From NCBI GenBank assembly GCA_001687465.1, contig LVLI01000100.1, positions 62,001 to 126,000 on the forward strand: 64,000 nt of DNA, written 5' to 3'. The position numbers and the translations under genes are program-made. The stretch comes from Halocafeteria seosinensis. Lineage: Eukaryota. Below are positions 44,864 through 57,949 of this stretch, in pieces. Within the stretch, counting starts at the first letter, position 1. The number at the start of each line of letters is the position of its first letter. The notes beneath the pieces are model-generated. The model was not told where the DNA came from. It ran no database searches and saw only the letters and a program-made list of their open reading frames with translations.

Positions 44864-46111
44864 TCAAACTCCCGTGACATTGTCAGTAGACAACGCACTG
44901 TCCAGGGACGATTCAATATCTTCATGCCTGAAGCGGAATCCAGAATCCAATAGCTTGTTGGGCACTGCACGCTGGGACGCTAGCAGTAGTTCTTCCCCCA
45001 TCTCTCCAAAAACTGTCTGAACCACCGGTGTTGGCATTGGCATGATTGCGGGTCTAAACAGTTGCTTCCCTAATGTTTTTGAGAATTCTCGATTCTGTAC
45101 AGGATTTGGAGAACACATGTTCACCGGCCCGCTGATTTCTTTCCTGCGAATGCAATGTTCAATTCCGCGCACTGCGTCATTGAGTGACACGAAACTCATA
45201 TACTGCGTCCCCGGACCAATTGGTCCACCCAAGCCGAGATTAAACGGCAAAAGCATTGAATCTGTGTAAAAAAAAACCACAGTTTCATACAAATACATAA
45301 CAACTACTGGGACAGAAGAGCTGCTTACGTAAAGGACCCCCATGTTGCGCAAGGACCATGCCAAAACGCAAATTGACTACGCGAACCCCATTTTCTAATA
45401 CAGGACGCGTTTCTCGTTCCCACACACCAGCTACCTGCTACTTTCGAATAGCAAATTCTGGTGAGATGTCATTATGAGAATCCACGCAACACTTACGTCA
45501 GCCATGAATCCTTCTCCTTGGGAAGTGTCCTCTGTCAATACTTCGTCCCCTCGACTTCCGTAGTATCCGACGCCCGAGGCGGAAATCATTACGCGTGGTG
45601 GTCTTTCGAGTGAAGAAATCGCCCTTGCAAGCAACCGCGTCCCTCGGCGTCTAGATTCCATGATATGATGTTTCTTACGTTCCGTCCATCGTCCCGTGAA
45701 TGCCAGCAGTCCTTCCCCAGAGCCGACATTTTCGCCAGCGAGGTGGACGAACGCGTCGAACCCTTCTAGGTCCTCTACGTTGATGTATCCTTCATACGGA
45801 TCCCAGCTTATCTCGTGGTCATTCTGAGGAGGTCGACGAACAAGTTGATAAATGTCAGGGTGAAAGGAATTGCCCAATTTTGGGCTTCCCAAAGACTGTC
45901 TCAAGGCCGTTCCTATCATGCCCGATCCGCCAGATATCAACACTTTCAGACCTGGAGAACTCGATGAAGCGCTACTTGAACTAGCATAACGCCGAGTATC
46001 CCCGGAAAGTGAGGATAATGGAGTTAATGAGGTTCCCAAACAGGCACTCGGGGACCAAGATTGGCCCCAACCAAGGATGTTCGAGGTCTTTCGATAGAGA
46101 TGTCTCATCAT
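44864..46111 (-). CDS. SDR39U1: NAD-dependent epimerase family protein SDR39U1 (TIGR01777/DUF1731), presequence-like N-terminus
   Basis: Motifs ISGGSGMIG, VHLAGEN, SASGVGYYG, FNLGLGGPIG.G.Q and LLLASQRAVP..L..GFRF. Two introns. Confidence 0.92.
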
Positions 46112-46675
46112 TTTCTAATTCTACTGTATCTGAAACCCCTAATTATATGGATAAATCCTATATATATCCTCCACATGGTGGTGAATAGAGCTCAGAACCT
46201 TCTCAGATCGCGAAGCGACAATCTTTTCGCACACTGTATCACAATGGAACCTTGCCAGTTGCAACGACCATGCACTCGTTCGTGTCATTTAAGTATGCAA
46301 TTGAACATAAAACGGGATTGAACCAAAAAATGTCTCTTTGTCTCAGCAAGCGAGGATGGCTGTACGGTGGAGGCAGCGAGAGCATTGGATACTAGGGTAG
46401 AGAGGGTAGTTGAGTTGCACTGGAAGTGCACCGCAGCTGCAGATTCGGAGGACTCCACGTACACGCGGAGCATTTATTGAACTGGATACAGTCACGTCGA
46501 CTGTCCTGCACACCAAGAAAAGTTGGGAATAATCAGAGGAAGACGAGTATCAAAAAACAAATAAGCTGCGGACTTTCACACATTCCATCCTAGGACGCTA
46601 CCTCCGTGCTCTATCGAGCTACACGCCGCTAACCAGGGGTCTATCAAGTGACTGCTTCAAAAGCACCAAAAAAAG

Positions 46676-47932
46676 ATGGCTGCAGTCATTGTGAACTCTA
46701 AAGAGATGTACCGCCATCAGACGGCCGCAACGCTGTGGGGACGACATGAATTCGATAAGACAGCGACTAACTTGGAACGCTTTGGGAAGGTTGTCCATAC
46801 AAATCCCATACCAGGTGGATCAATAGCGTTTACCAATTCAGGGAGGTCAGTTTTCTTCTTACGAACAGAGTTGAGGCCGACATACAGGTCTTGCTGCCTT
46901 CCCCTGGTGACACAGCTCTTAGGGTACCTTATATATTGTATGACCTGTTTTTGGTGCTGCTGTCGATGTCGCAACCGCTGCAAAAGACCGACAGTACCAC
47001 CGTTGACACATGTGTCTTCACTCGACACCCCTTTGGTCACAGATACGGTACACAGCGAAGAATACACTGACGACGCGTCGGTTGGGATCGAAACAGATAC
47101 GTCTGGCGGATCCAGCTGGGAGTTGCACCAAAACTCACCGGCGGGTAACAGTCCTTGGTTTTACAGTGCTCGAGGGCTAAGAATTCGTCCCTTTTCGTAT
47201 TTGTGCGCCCTATGTTGTTGTCGTCAGATGCAGGAGCGCCCGGCATTAAATCGGATGATTACAGGAGAATATCCTATAGGAAGTAAAGGCAGGCATTGTT
47301 GCAGTGATCTACCGCCACCTCGTGAAATTGCAAAAGACATGGCATGCATTCCCTGTATTAAACAGTGCGGGACCCCGTCAGCTGTGACGGCATGTAGTCG
47401 AAGTCTGGCCGTTTGGGCTATATGCATGGTGTTGGGTCCCTTCGTGGTCGCCGGCGCTGTCGTAATCGGAACTCTATTCTTGACTATGGACTTAGTGTTG
47501 ATGCCAGTGATACTGGTGTTGGGAACTATTCTCTCTTGTATTTTGCTAGAACCTTGCTTTCTTTCTGTTTCATTTTGTTGTGGTATGCGGTCTTCGAGAC
47601 CCGGCTTCACGTTGACTGCTTCGCTTGTTCGGTATTATTCCTTTTCCGGTCGAGTGAACGATAACGATACTTACTATTCGGAGCATAAAATTGTTGGATC
47701 GGTCGTTTTGGTAGAAAACGCCAAATTTTTTCGTACTTTATGGGTACAAAGTACCGGAACAAATCCAGGAATGTCGTTTCAAGAACTGTTGGTCCGAAAT
47801 CCTATATGGGGGTTATTCGAACCCGACGTACCAGCTGATGCCATCGCGAAGGCATGGGATGAGCTCATACGGCGATGCGGCGGCACACGTCCCTCATTTG
47901 TTCCTGAGAAAGCTTTATGGGATATCATTTAA
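46676..47932 (+). CDS. Hypothetical cysteine-rich membrane protein
   Basis: 418-aa intronless ORF with several CC/CCC clusters flanking hydrophobic segments. No family recognised. Confidence 0.65.
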   Translation: MAAVIVNSKEMYRHQTAATLWGRHEFDKTATNLERFGKVVHTNPIPGGSIAFTNSGRSVFFLRTELRPTYRSCCLPLVTQLLGYLIYCMTCFWCCCRCRNRCKRPTVPPLTHVSSLDTPLVTDTVHSEEYTDDASVGIETDTSGGSSWELHQNSPAGNSPWFYSARGLRIRPFSYLCALCCCRQMQERPALNRMITGEYPIGSKGRHCCSDLPPPREIAKDMACIPCIKQCGTPSAVTACSRSLAVWAICMVLGPFVVAGAVVIGTLFLTMDLVLMPVILVLGTILSCILLEPCFLSVSFCCGMRSSRPGFTLTASLVRYYSFSGRVNDNDTYYSEHKIVGSVVLVENAKFFRTLWVQSTGTNPGMSFQELLVRNPIWGLFEPDVPADAIAKAWDELIRRCGGTRPSFVPEKALWDII

Positions 47933-48507
47933 AACCCGGAAACACACATCAGTAGACTCTCAACTGCAGAACACATTATATTCCTCCTCTGGGAAGACGT
48001 TGACCTCAATATTTGTAGCCAAGAAGAACATGCATTGCTATTACCACAGCACCCCCAAAGCTTTTGAAGGTTCTGATTGTTTCAAAGTTTCAATATTACG
48101 TGTACTTGTACTTGTGGTTGGCTGATGTGCTGCGCCGAGGTTTCAGCGGAAGTTGAGCTTACAATATTCCTCTAACGGAGCTTATAATACATGTATGGTA
48201 TTCCTCTACAATAACGCCTTTGCATTCAAGCCGGCAATTATTCCCAATTTACACCTTTGACGCTTTCAACCCATTCAAGAGTGCTTCCTTAGTAGCAGTT
48301 CTTAGTAATACTTCCACGAATGTCGTAAGCGAATCGTACAACGATTCGTACAAGTTACTAACTGACGAAGCAAACAATCATTTCGCCACAAGGCGCCTTC
48401 GGATATTACAGCATAATTGCAATGTCTACGTCTTGTCAAGACCCACCGTTGTTCATTCAAGTATATCTTTAAGCGTGGTACAGTCTCCGAGGCTCATTTA
48501 CGAGAGA

Positions 48508-49559
48508 ATGGGCACTGAACCGACGCATATCGTGGAGCACAATTTCACATCTGAAGGGCCTGAAGAGCTATCATGCGATGCAGGGGATCTTGTAGCCGAA
48601 ATCCGTAAGTTTGCACACAGATGTGATGAATGGAGCTACGAATGGGCGCATATACACGATGATACTCTGGTGGTGCAGAGAATACGAACGTGGATAGCGC
48701 GGAGGGATGGACTTTAGTCCTCCGCGTCAAAAGTGCGTTAATTCGTGATCCAACCAGTTTGGAAGAGAATTCAGGCTTTGTACCCACTGGTAAGTAGGAA
48801 ATTCATCCGGATTTTTATGGTCAAATCATGCATAAGGTGCCTTCTCTTGCCCCGCAGAATACATCCGACGGCTGTCGCAGAAGGAGAAGAACGAACATCG
48901 GGCAAGCCAGTCAGGCTCACATCTGCAATCTCAGCCTCAGAGCTCCCCTTCTGCTACAACGGCGGTTTCTGAGCGATATGAGCGGTCCCCACAAACGCAA
49001 TCGCAGAACTTTGGCAACACCCAAAGCTCATGGGGTAGCAGCCCGTTGCGCACATCGGCTCTTCGCGGAACCCAAACATCCCCCGATTCACCGTTTTTCA
49101 CTCCCTCAATAAATGTGAAAGGCGACCAGAAGCCTCGTCAGACCCATGAAGATACAACTGCATTGGCAAGCACCGGTGGCTCTCGTTTAAGCCATTCAGC
49201 GGGCAACAATGTAGATCAGAATCTAAGGTACGTTGTGTACAATTAGAATGATTGATATGATGTTCTGGGCATCTTCATGAGCGTTTCACAGTAATGAATA
49301 CCGCCACCTATTTGCGAGTCAAGAGGACTGGTACTCACAAGTTAATTCTCGAAGAAAGGCAGCGTACCAGAGCATAGAGCGCAGTTTGGACTCTCTGAAC
49401 ACGCGCATCCTCAAGACAGACGAAAAGTCATCTTCTGTTATCGATAAGTTAAAGGAGCTTGACGTGTTGATAGATGAGGAAAGGAGGAGGTGGCAGGACC
49501 GCTTAGATGAGGAGCAGCAATACCTCACTGAAGAGGAGGGGACCGAAGCAACGTATTGA
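48508..49559 (+). CDS. SH3-domain protein with C-terminal coiled coil
   Basis: Spliced sequence HIVEHNFTSEGPEELSCDAGDLVAEI|Q..EGWTLV..SGFVPT|EYI carries the SH3 ELS/W/GxxP/Y motifs, followed by a low-complexity linker and helix (..LDVLIDEERRRWQDRL). Three introns. Confidence 0.8.
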
Positions 49560-49968
49560 TAGCTCGGGGCTCCAATCATGCTTGATTATTTTGCATGTTC
49601 GTCATACAGGAGCTCAACTTGTAATGTTTTAAAACCAAAGTGGAACGAATACCGCGTGATATTGCATGGGGTTTTCTCCACATTGCGGAATGCAAGCGGA
49701 TATATAGTTTGACTGAATCCCCACATGCATGATAGATAAGATATGTATTGGAATAAGAGTACCAAGTGGTAGGATATCGAAGTAGATAATCGTACAACGT
49801 TGTACCTTAGCTTGAGGCTCTTGGTAAGGGCTTATGTCCTTCTCATATACTTCGTTTTTGATAATCAACTTAACGGTAGCAAGTTTTCTCACTGAGTAAC
49901 AATATCTTGACTTCATCCCACCACACCACACGTGGTTCACCGTAACGTTCGTCGTGGTCCGTGACTTT

Positions 49969-49970
49969 NN
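49969..49970. other. Ambiguous bases / possible contig join
   Basis: nn in the sequence; another n at 8226. Confidence 0.9.
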
Positions 49971-50451
49971 AACCAACCGAACCCGACGAAATGTTTGTCG
50001 TGTTGGGCAACTTTCCTCGCATCTGCAGAAGCTGAGCAGAGTCTGGGACGATAATGCCTTACATGCGCTTTTTATTACATCCGTCGCACGCACCATTTCA
50101 TAGATATACACTCACTTTGTATTGGTATTCGTTCAGGTAAGTATTTGCCACTGTTTTGGTGGATAAAAGGATCACTAGGAACCATGGTTCTGTCCCTCGT
50201 TTGAGCGTTCCTTTTGCTCTATACAATGTCCATGGGATATTTTATTGACGATTCCAGTTCATCAAGATAAAGAAATCCATCCATCCTTTGTTGCTGCTGC
50301 TGTTGCAGGTGTCCTCGGGGACGTAGTGTGGGAAAATTGGGATTTGCCACTTCCACATCGGAGGAATTGAAACTATTCTGAGACCACTCTATCTATCTTG
50401 ATTGCCTCGCTGTGTTGGAGCGATTATTATGGGCGCACACAGTCTTAGAGC

Positions 50452-51918
50452 ATGAAGAGCGAGACAGGCAGCCACTATAAGGAGGGAGGACGGTATGGGC
50501 AGTACCAAAGTCCTCGCTCGGGCGCTGGAAAAATCAATGGCACTTCATGCAACCATGCAAGCAGTAATGGGAACGAAAGCCACAAGGGGTCTTTCCGAAG
50601 TCGTTGCGGATTTCGAGGAGTCTCTCTCCAGTTCCCCGTCCTAATGAGAATACTTCTGTATCTGGGGGCAACAGTGATGTCTATGAGCACCAGTCCCTCC
50701 CGGGTTGAAGTCAAGTCTCCAAGAGAAAACATAGAGTTCCTCTATCCAGAAGCTCACGGAGGATACAACGAACTTCTGGGTGACAAAGTACCTTTTGAAT
50801 TCACAAACACTGATGGGACTAGCGAATTGACTCCTGAAGTTTTGGAAAGCACTCGTCTAAGAGCTAAGCGAGGCGATGCTGGTACGTGTAGTTCACCCAC
50901 TGTTCTGATGGACTCTGTTTTACATGTTGTTTACTGATTTACTCAAACAGATGCATCATACTTCCTTGGATTGCTTTCTTTCTATGGGCACCATGTCCCG
51001 AAGAGCCGGATGCGTGCCTCCCACTATTTCAGGTTTTCTGCTGAGAAAGGACATGTAGGCTCACAGACTAACCTTGGGGTGATGCTTGCTAACGGTTTAG
51101 GCATTGCTCGCAATGATTTGGAAGCTATATATTGGTTCCACCGAGCCGCGGAGAGCAACCACATGGAAGCGCAGTGGTGGCTAGGGAAAATGTATATCGA
51201 AGGAAGAAGTAATTTGCCTCCTCAGCAAGCCCAAGGAGAAGCTTTCCACGTACGTATCATCTAGAGCCAGAATTAGCGCAGTTCGTGCTTTACTTTGCTT
51301 GTTCGGGTCTGTTTTGCCTTTCAGTGGTTACAATTGGCAGCGTCTAGAGGTGGAGTTCCACCTAAACATTACCTTGGAATGATGTACGAAAACGGAATTG
51401 GAGTACCTGTAGACTACAGCATGGCCCGGGACCTTTACATCGAGGCAGCCCGTGGTCAAATGCCTGACTCTATGTACAACCTAGCATTAATGTATGCACA
51501 TGGGCGAGGCACGGGGCAGGATTATTTGGAGGCTATTCGGTTATTGAATACAGCTGCAGCGGAATATAAGCACCCAGCGTCTGCGCTCGCCCTGGCGCTG
51601 ATGCGAGTCAGGGGCTTAGGAACCGAAATTGACTACGGGGATGCTTTCCAGTGGCTTGAACTAGCCATCAAAGGAGAAGGAGTGATAGCAGAAGAGGCGA
51701 TGAGAGTTAAGATGATATTAAAAGAATCATTGAGAAATGCAGAAGATTATGCAGACAGTATCATCGGGCAACACAATCTTCACAACGAGGATCCGGAGGT
51801 GGTCGAAAAGCACAAACGACAGTTAATGATGCAATACTTGCAAAACAACAGTCCAAACGTTCACTTAACTCCAGATTTGAGACTTCAAATCCCAAAGGAG
51901 CGATGGGGTCTACCCTGA
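50452..51918 (+). CDS. Sel1-like repeat protein with N-terminal membrane/signal segment
   Basis: Repeats SQTNLGVMLANGLG, AQWWLGKMYIEG, HYLGMMYENGIGVPVD and MYNLALMYAHGRGTGQD. Two introns. Confidence 0.88.
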
Positions 51919-52173
51919 GTGACTGAGTCGCCGGCATATTCAACATTACTTGGTTGAAGTTTGGGAGGCTCTTGGCGTTCGCAACGCGAATAGTGCTCAG
52001 CAACCTCCGCTACAAACAACACCTTAATATAAATGTAAACTTTCGGATTGTTATGAGTGTTTTGCTACGACCACTGATATGTATACATTCCCTCTTTGAA
52101 GGCGTTATCTTCTTCTATAAAAGGTTGAAAGGGGGAAGAATCTCACTTTGGTGACTGATCCTCGCTAAGGAGC

Positions 52174-54042
52174 ATGGGCCAAATACCAGACGATGTTTCC
52201 GTCGTACATGTAGCCTGGTCAACGACATTCATTCTAGCCCACACGGTATCTTCTCATCTGTTGATGGCTAAGGCATGGGGTGTGTCCGTCAGCTTCGTAA
52301 GTCGCCAGTGACGTTCTCTTTTGGAACACTCTTACCATATTGTTGTTATCTGGCACAACAGGTACTTTGTTTTCTCCCACTATGCATCAGCTATGCTACT
52401 AAGAGTTTGATGTCTATTGGAGGCATCGTTGTATCCTTTCGAGCTCTTATCGACGTGCCGACCGCAAGGTACTTAGAGCTGCCAGAATGAGTGGCCACTT
52501 GAAAGAGTTTGTAAGATCTCTCGCAGATTATGTCCACCTTCGTTGATAGCTCGGTTTTCCAGTTTCTTTGGCAACGCTTCTCTCGGTAAGCAGTTACTAG
52601 CCAATACGCATGGCCACTCTCATAAGTAGTTACGATTTGGTCATATACAGCCAGTCAAGCAGTTATGGTCGGTTTGTTCCTCGATTCTCAAGATCACGCC
52701 ACAAGACTCGAAGCTTCGACATTGTTGTCAGTACTGACTATTGTTGTCTTATTGAGCTTGTCAGTGATTGCTGGAGCAACGTACAGTACCCATAACTCGT
52801 CGAATGTCGGGGTAGTGGAAAGTTTCTTTTCCTTTTACGTCCATGTCTCGTTGCTGGTACTGCTTATAGCTCTTAAGAGTCCGTTGGACGCCAATTGGTT
52901 TGCTACATTTTCGCCGGTGTATATATTATTGTTAGGAACATTCGTCGGTTCCTGCTGCGTTTTCGTCCGCACCTTTTCGAGTGTGGCATTCATGTTTGGT
53001 AAATCGCTTCGAGATAACTTTGACAAACTGAAGGCGTGCTCATGCTGCAAGAAATCGTCGTCGCCAACAAACAGCCGTTCGTCTCACCATGTCGAAGAAA
53101 CATTTTATGGCGAAAACGAAATGAAGAAGCATGGCGGTATACGGAGTGAAAGCGCTACTCCGAACGTCGAACTGAGTGAAAATCCGGTAGACGAAGCAAC
53201 AAAATCCTTATTTTTCTTCTCCCTAGCTCTCCTTGTCATCACAACTGCCGTCGCGGTCTCATTGGTACGTCAACTGCATGTTTTTAACGTTTCGTGGTTG
53301 CCTGATAAGCACTGCCTTGTGCCACCTGCAGTTCTGGGTTGGGTCTTGTTTGGAAGCTGCGGAGTTGGAACGTGACGGGAATGTCATAAGACTGGACGAG
53401 GTCTGCGTACAGAATTCTTTGACTCCACTGGTTTTGTGCTCGTGGATATGCGTTGGCTTATGGATGACAGTTTCTGGTCACATTTTATCTTCTCAAGTCC
53501 ACAGTAACATTCTCAGCTGGGCATCGGAGGGTTCCACAGACGATGAGACACATCCCGCGAAGCAACGAGATTCAGGATATATTAAGACGGGGAGAAGACT
53601 ATCTAACATGCTTGTTCAAAGTCTAGTGCTGCCACCACATGCAACCATATTCGATGGAGAAGCAGAAGATCTAGTCGATGCAAACCAGTCTGATACCAGT
53701 ACGTCTCATCCACCAAGCGACCACTATAGCCCCTCCGCGAGGAGACTAACAGGGGGTTCCCGTGGCAGGTACTCTTCGGCTTTGACGCCTCCGCCAACCA
53801 CCGGGATTTTCAGAAGTGAACCAAGAAAGCGCAACTCGCTTGCTTCCTACCTGACTGGCATGTATTCGAGTGGGTACCTCAGTGTTCCGGAGGAGATAGA
53901 CCAGGAAGAGCAGAACTACAGAGAACGCCAGAGTACCGCAATTATGACGCAGCCGAGGACAGTATCGCAGTCTATTGCAGGTTTAAATAGGGTGCATAAT
54001 ACGGGGAGGCAAGGTAAACGAAGCACATCTACCTTACGGTAG
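52174..54042 (+). CDS. Multi-pass membrane protein, weakly TMEM185/Fragile-X-F-like
   Basis: A multi-exon model joins hydrophobic ORFs. LLIALKSPLDANWFATFSPVYI resembles the TMEM185 repeat (LKLD....W..VF.P.W). Disordered C-terminal tail. Confidence 0.5.
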
Positions 54043-54237
54043 GAACATGCTTTAGCCCTTTCCTCGCTGAAGGAGTCAGTGCGATAGGAGGCGCATCCGG
54101 AGTATATTCATACTCATCTTGGTTAGATACGCTCTAGAATGACCCAATTTAAAGAACTCCGTCAATGCAAGACTATGCCACTTGAAATCTCCGTTACAAA
54201 AGCGCCCCCAATAGCATCCTGCTCTAACCTCTATTTG

Positions 54238-55634
<1,397 letters not shown>

Positions 55635-55674
55635 TGTAGTGTAAAGATGGGTACTTTTTAGTGAAGTGAGTGTC

Positions 55675-56750
55675 CTAGAAACAGTGTAAATCAACCCCTA
55701 AAGATGGCATCTTTCTAGTGACACAGCGCCGATGTTGAAGTTGAAGCATTTTGTTAAGAATGCATACAAGTGTAACAAGTCTAAGGAGTCTTGTTGTAGA
55801 GTACAATGCGCAACACCTGGTTGGCCAGAAAAGTTTCGTTGTTTTATGTACTCTATGAGTAGCATTCAATTTCAAGTCGGTTGAGGCGAACTTAGCTATG
55901 GTGCCAGTCGAAAGTGTCGTCGGGATTCCAATCATTCCATACAGAGTTGTCCAGTATTTCCAGGTTTCAGATTCATCTGCCTTTGATTGTTTTCTGCGTT
56001 CACGACTGAATTTGATGTAGTCCTCTACCCTTTTCCTTCTGGCGGTTTCCTGTATCTCCCTAGGAAGTGACTGGAACACTCTAAGAAGCTCTTCACGAAG
56101 TTTCTTGTCGCTTTCTGTTCGCACGCCTTTAAGTAAAAAGATCCGTTGGTGGTGCATCTTAAATCTTGCGCAATATTTTAAGGAGACCACCAGGCGTATC
56201 GTTGGTCAACTGCAACCCGTTCCAGCTCGGCACATTGAGTACTTCGATGAAAGGTTACCCTCCATTGTCTTATATTCATCAAAAGAACCGAAGACGGTAG
56301 AGTAATGCTCATAGTACGTAGACCAGCGCAATAGCTTTCACTTTCGACTGCGGGTGCAAACTCTTCCACATGTACAGACTGATCGCACTCAATGCTCGGT
56401 GTTTGTAGCAGTCCGAGAAGTTGCAAGTTCAAATGCGCCTTGGGAAACAGAGTTTCGTTATATTACCGGTACAATGGTAGTGCAAGTGTTTCAGTATCGG
56501 TTGCATCCCTCCAGTCGCGGCACCACCCCAGTCAACAAGTTTTCGGCGGTTGCGTATTTTGCTGGTGTCTGATGGCAGACTTTTCTCCATACTTCCCGTT
56601 CCTGTCTTGTTAATTGTACCAACCGCCTTGCAATACTCTTCTCGTACGTTGTGTTTGATTCCTTTGTAGCGGCTCCGTGCTTGCACTGTATGGTTTAGCC
56701 ACATCCTTCGAAGCCTCCTGATAGTTTCTTCAAAGATCGTCCAACACTTT
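55675..56750 (-). pseudogene. Possible degraded or unresolved protein-coding sequence
   Basis: Protein-like ORF fragments in different frames (56429-56704, 56178-56432, 55675-56190: DKKLREELLRVFQSLPREIQE..) could not be joined by canonical introns. Confidence 0.25.
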
Positions 56751-57006
56751 CACTGAGTTTGTCTGACAAGTGTCTGGATATGGTCGACAAAATGTATTCT
56801 GTCAATTCTTACCCCACCGCTACCGGCTTACCGGGGTGGCTCGGGCGCACCGGGCACGGACAAGGGACGGGCGATCGAGTTTGCTACCTCGAAAGGCTAA
56901 TTGTGTTGTCATTACACACAAAGGGTGACATTGGAAGACCCCAGAGCACGGTATTATCCCTGTCTCTTGTACTTGGAAGGGTTTCATTGGGTAACTATCT
57001 TCTAAA

Positions 57007-57728
57007 ATGGTAAGTGAATCGACCCAAAGGGAGAGCAGCCTCTCAAGTTGACTTCTGAGGGCTATATAGCTCCTGCAATCTCACATTTGAGATGTCTACT
57101 ACAATGATGATACCGGTTCTAATCTTTCACGCATTCAATATTTTTTGCTGTGTCCTTTATGCAGGTAAATATCCCCAAAGAAAGACGGACCTTCTGTCCC
57201 AGCAAGGACTGTCGTAAACATACCTCCCATAAGGTGTCTCAGTACAAAGCCGGAAAGGCCTCGTTATATGCACAAGGTAAGTTTTACCCCAATTGTAGTA
57301 TCACGTTTGATGTTGGAGTGCTAGGAAGGAGAGCACTGGCTGTATGAAGTGGTGGCTCGGTGCTCCCCTGTAGAAATGCCAAAAAGGGGTAGGACAAAGG
57401 CAAAGGGAGTGGCTGGGAGGGCACGAGCACCTCGGGCATCTGGTTGACACCACCTTCAATGTCAATCTTTTCGTGGACTTACGATTGCATTAGGAATCCG
57501 AGCTCATGACCTCATGGCTTGTATGTTACGTCTATATACACAGGGAAGCGCCGTTACGACATGAAGCAGAAGGGTTATGGTGGTCAGACCAAGCCCGTAT
57601 TCCGCAAGAAAGCCAAGACAACAAAGAAGATTGTGCTCCGCTTGGAATGCAAACAATGCAAGATGAAACATCATGTTCCCATTAAGCGATGCAAAGTGTT
57701 CGAATTGGGTGCTAAGAAGAAAGTATAA
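57007..57728 (+). CDS. RPL36A: 60S ribosomal protein eL42 (L36a/L44)
   Basis: ATG|intron 57010-57164|[28 protein letters not shown]|intron 57277-57543|[35 protein letters not shown]. Confidence 0.97.
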
Positions 57729-57949
57729 TTTGGGACATTTAAGCTTCTTGGTAGTAGTTATTTTATGGAGAATGCGGCTAAATACCGTGCTAACTAACAC
57801 ACAGTCACCCTTTTGAGTCATGCAAAATATTTGACATCGAAAGCACACCTCACGATTGTAACACCATCGTCGACTCGACGACACTGCTTTACAGAGCACA
57901 ATCACTTATTTCCGAAAGATAGGAGTGAACACTAGTTCAGGATTGATAT

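Noticed and set aside
49560..50450. AT-rich intergenic region with a 160-aa ORF containing X
   Set aside because: It spans an NN join, has no motifs, and shows no terminal repeats indicating a transposon.
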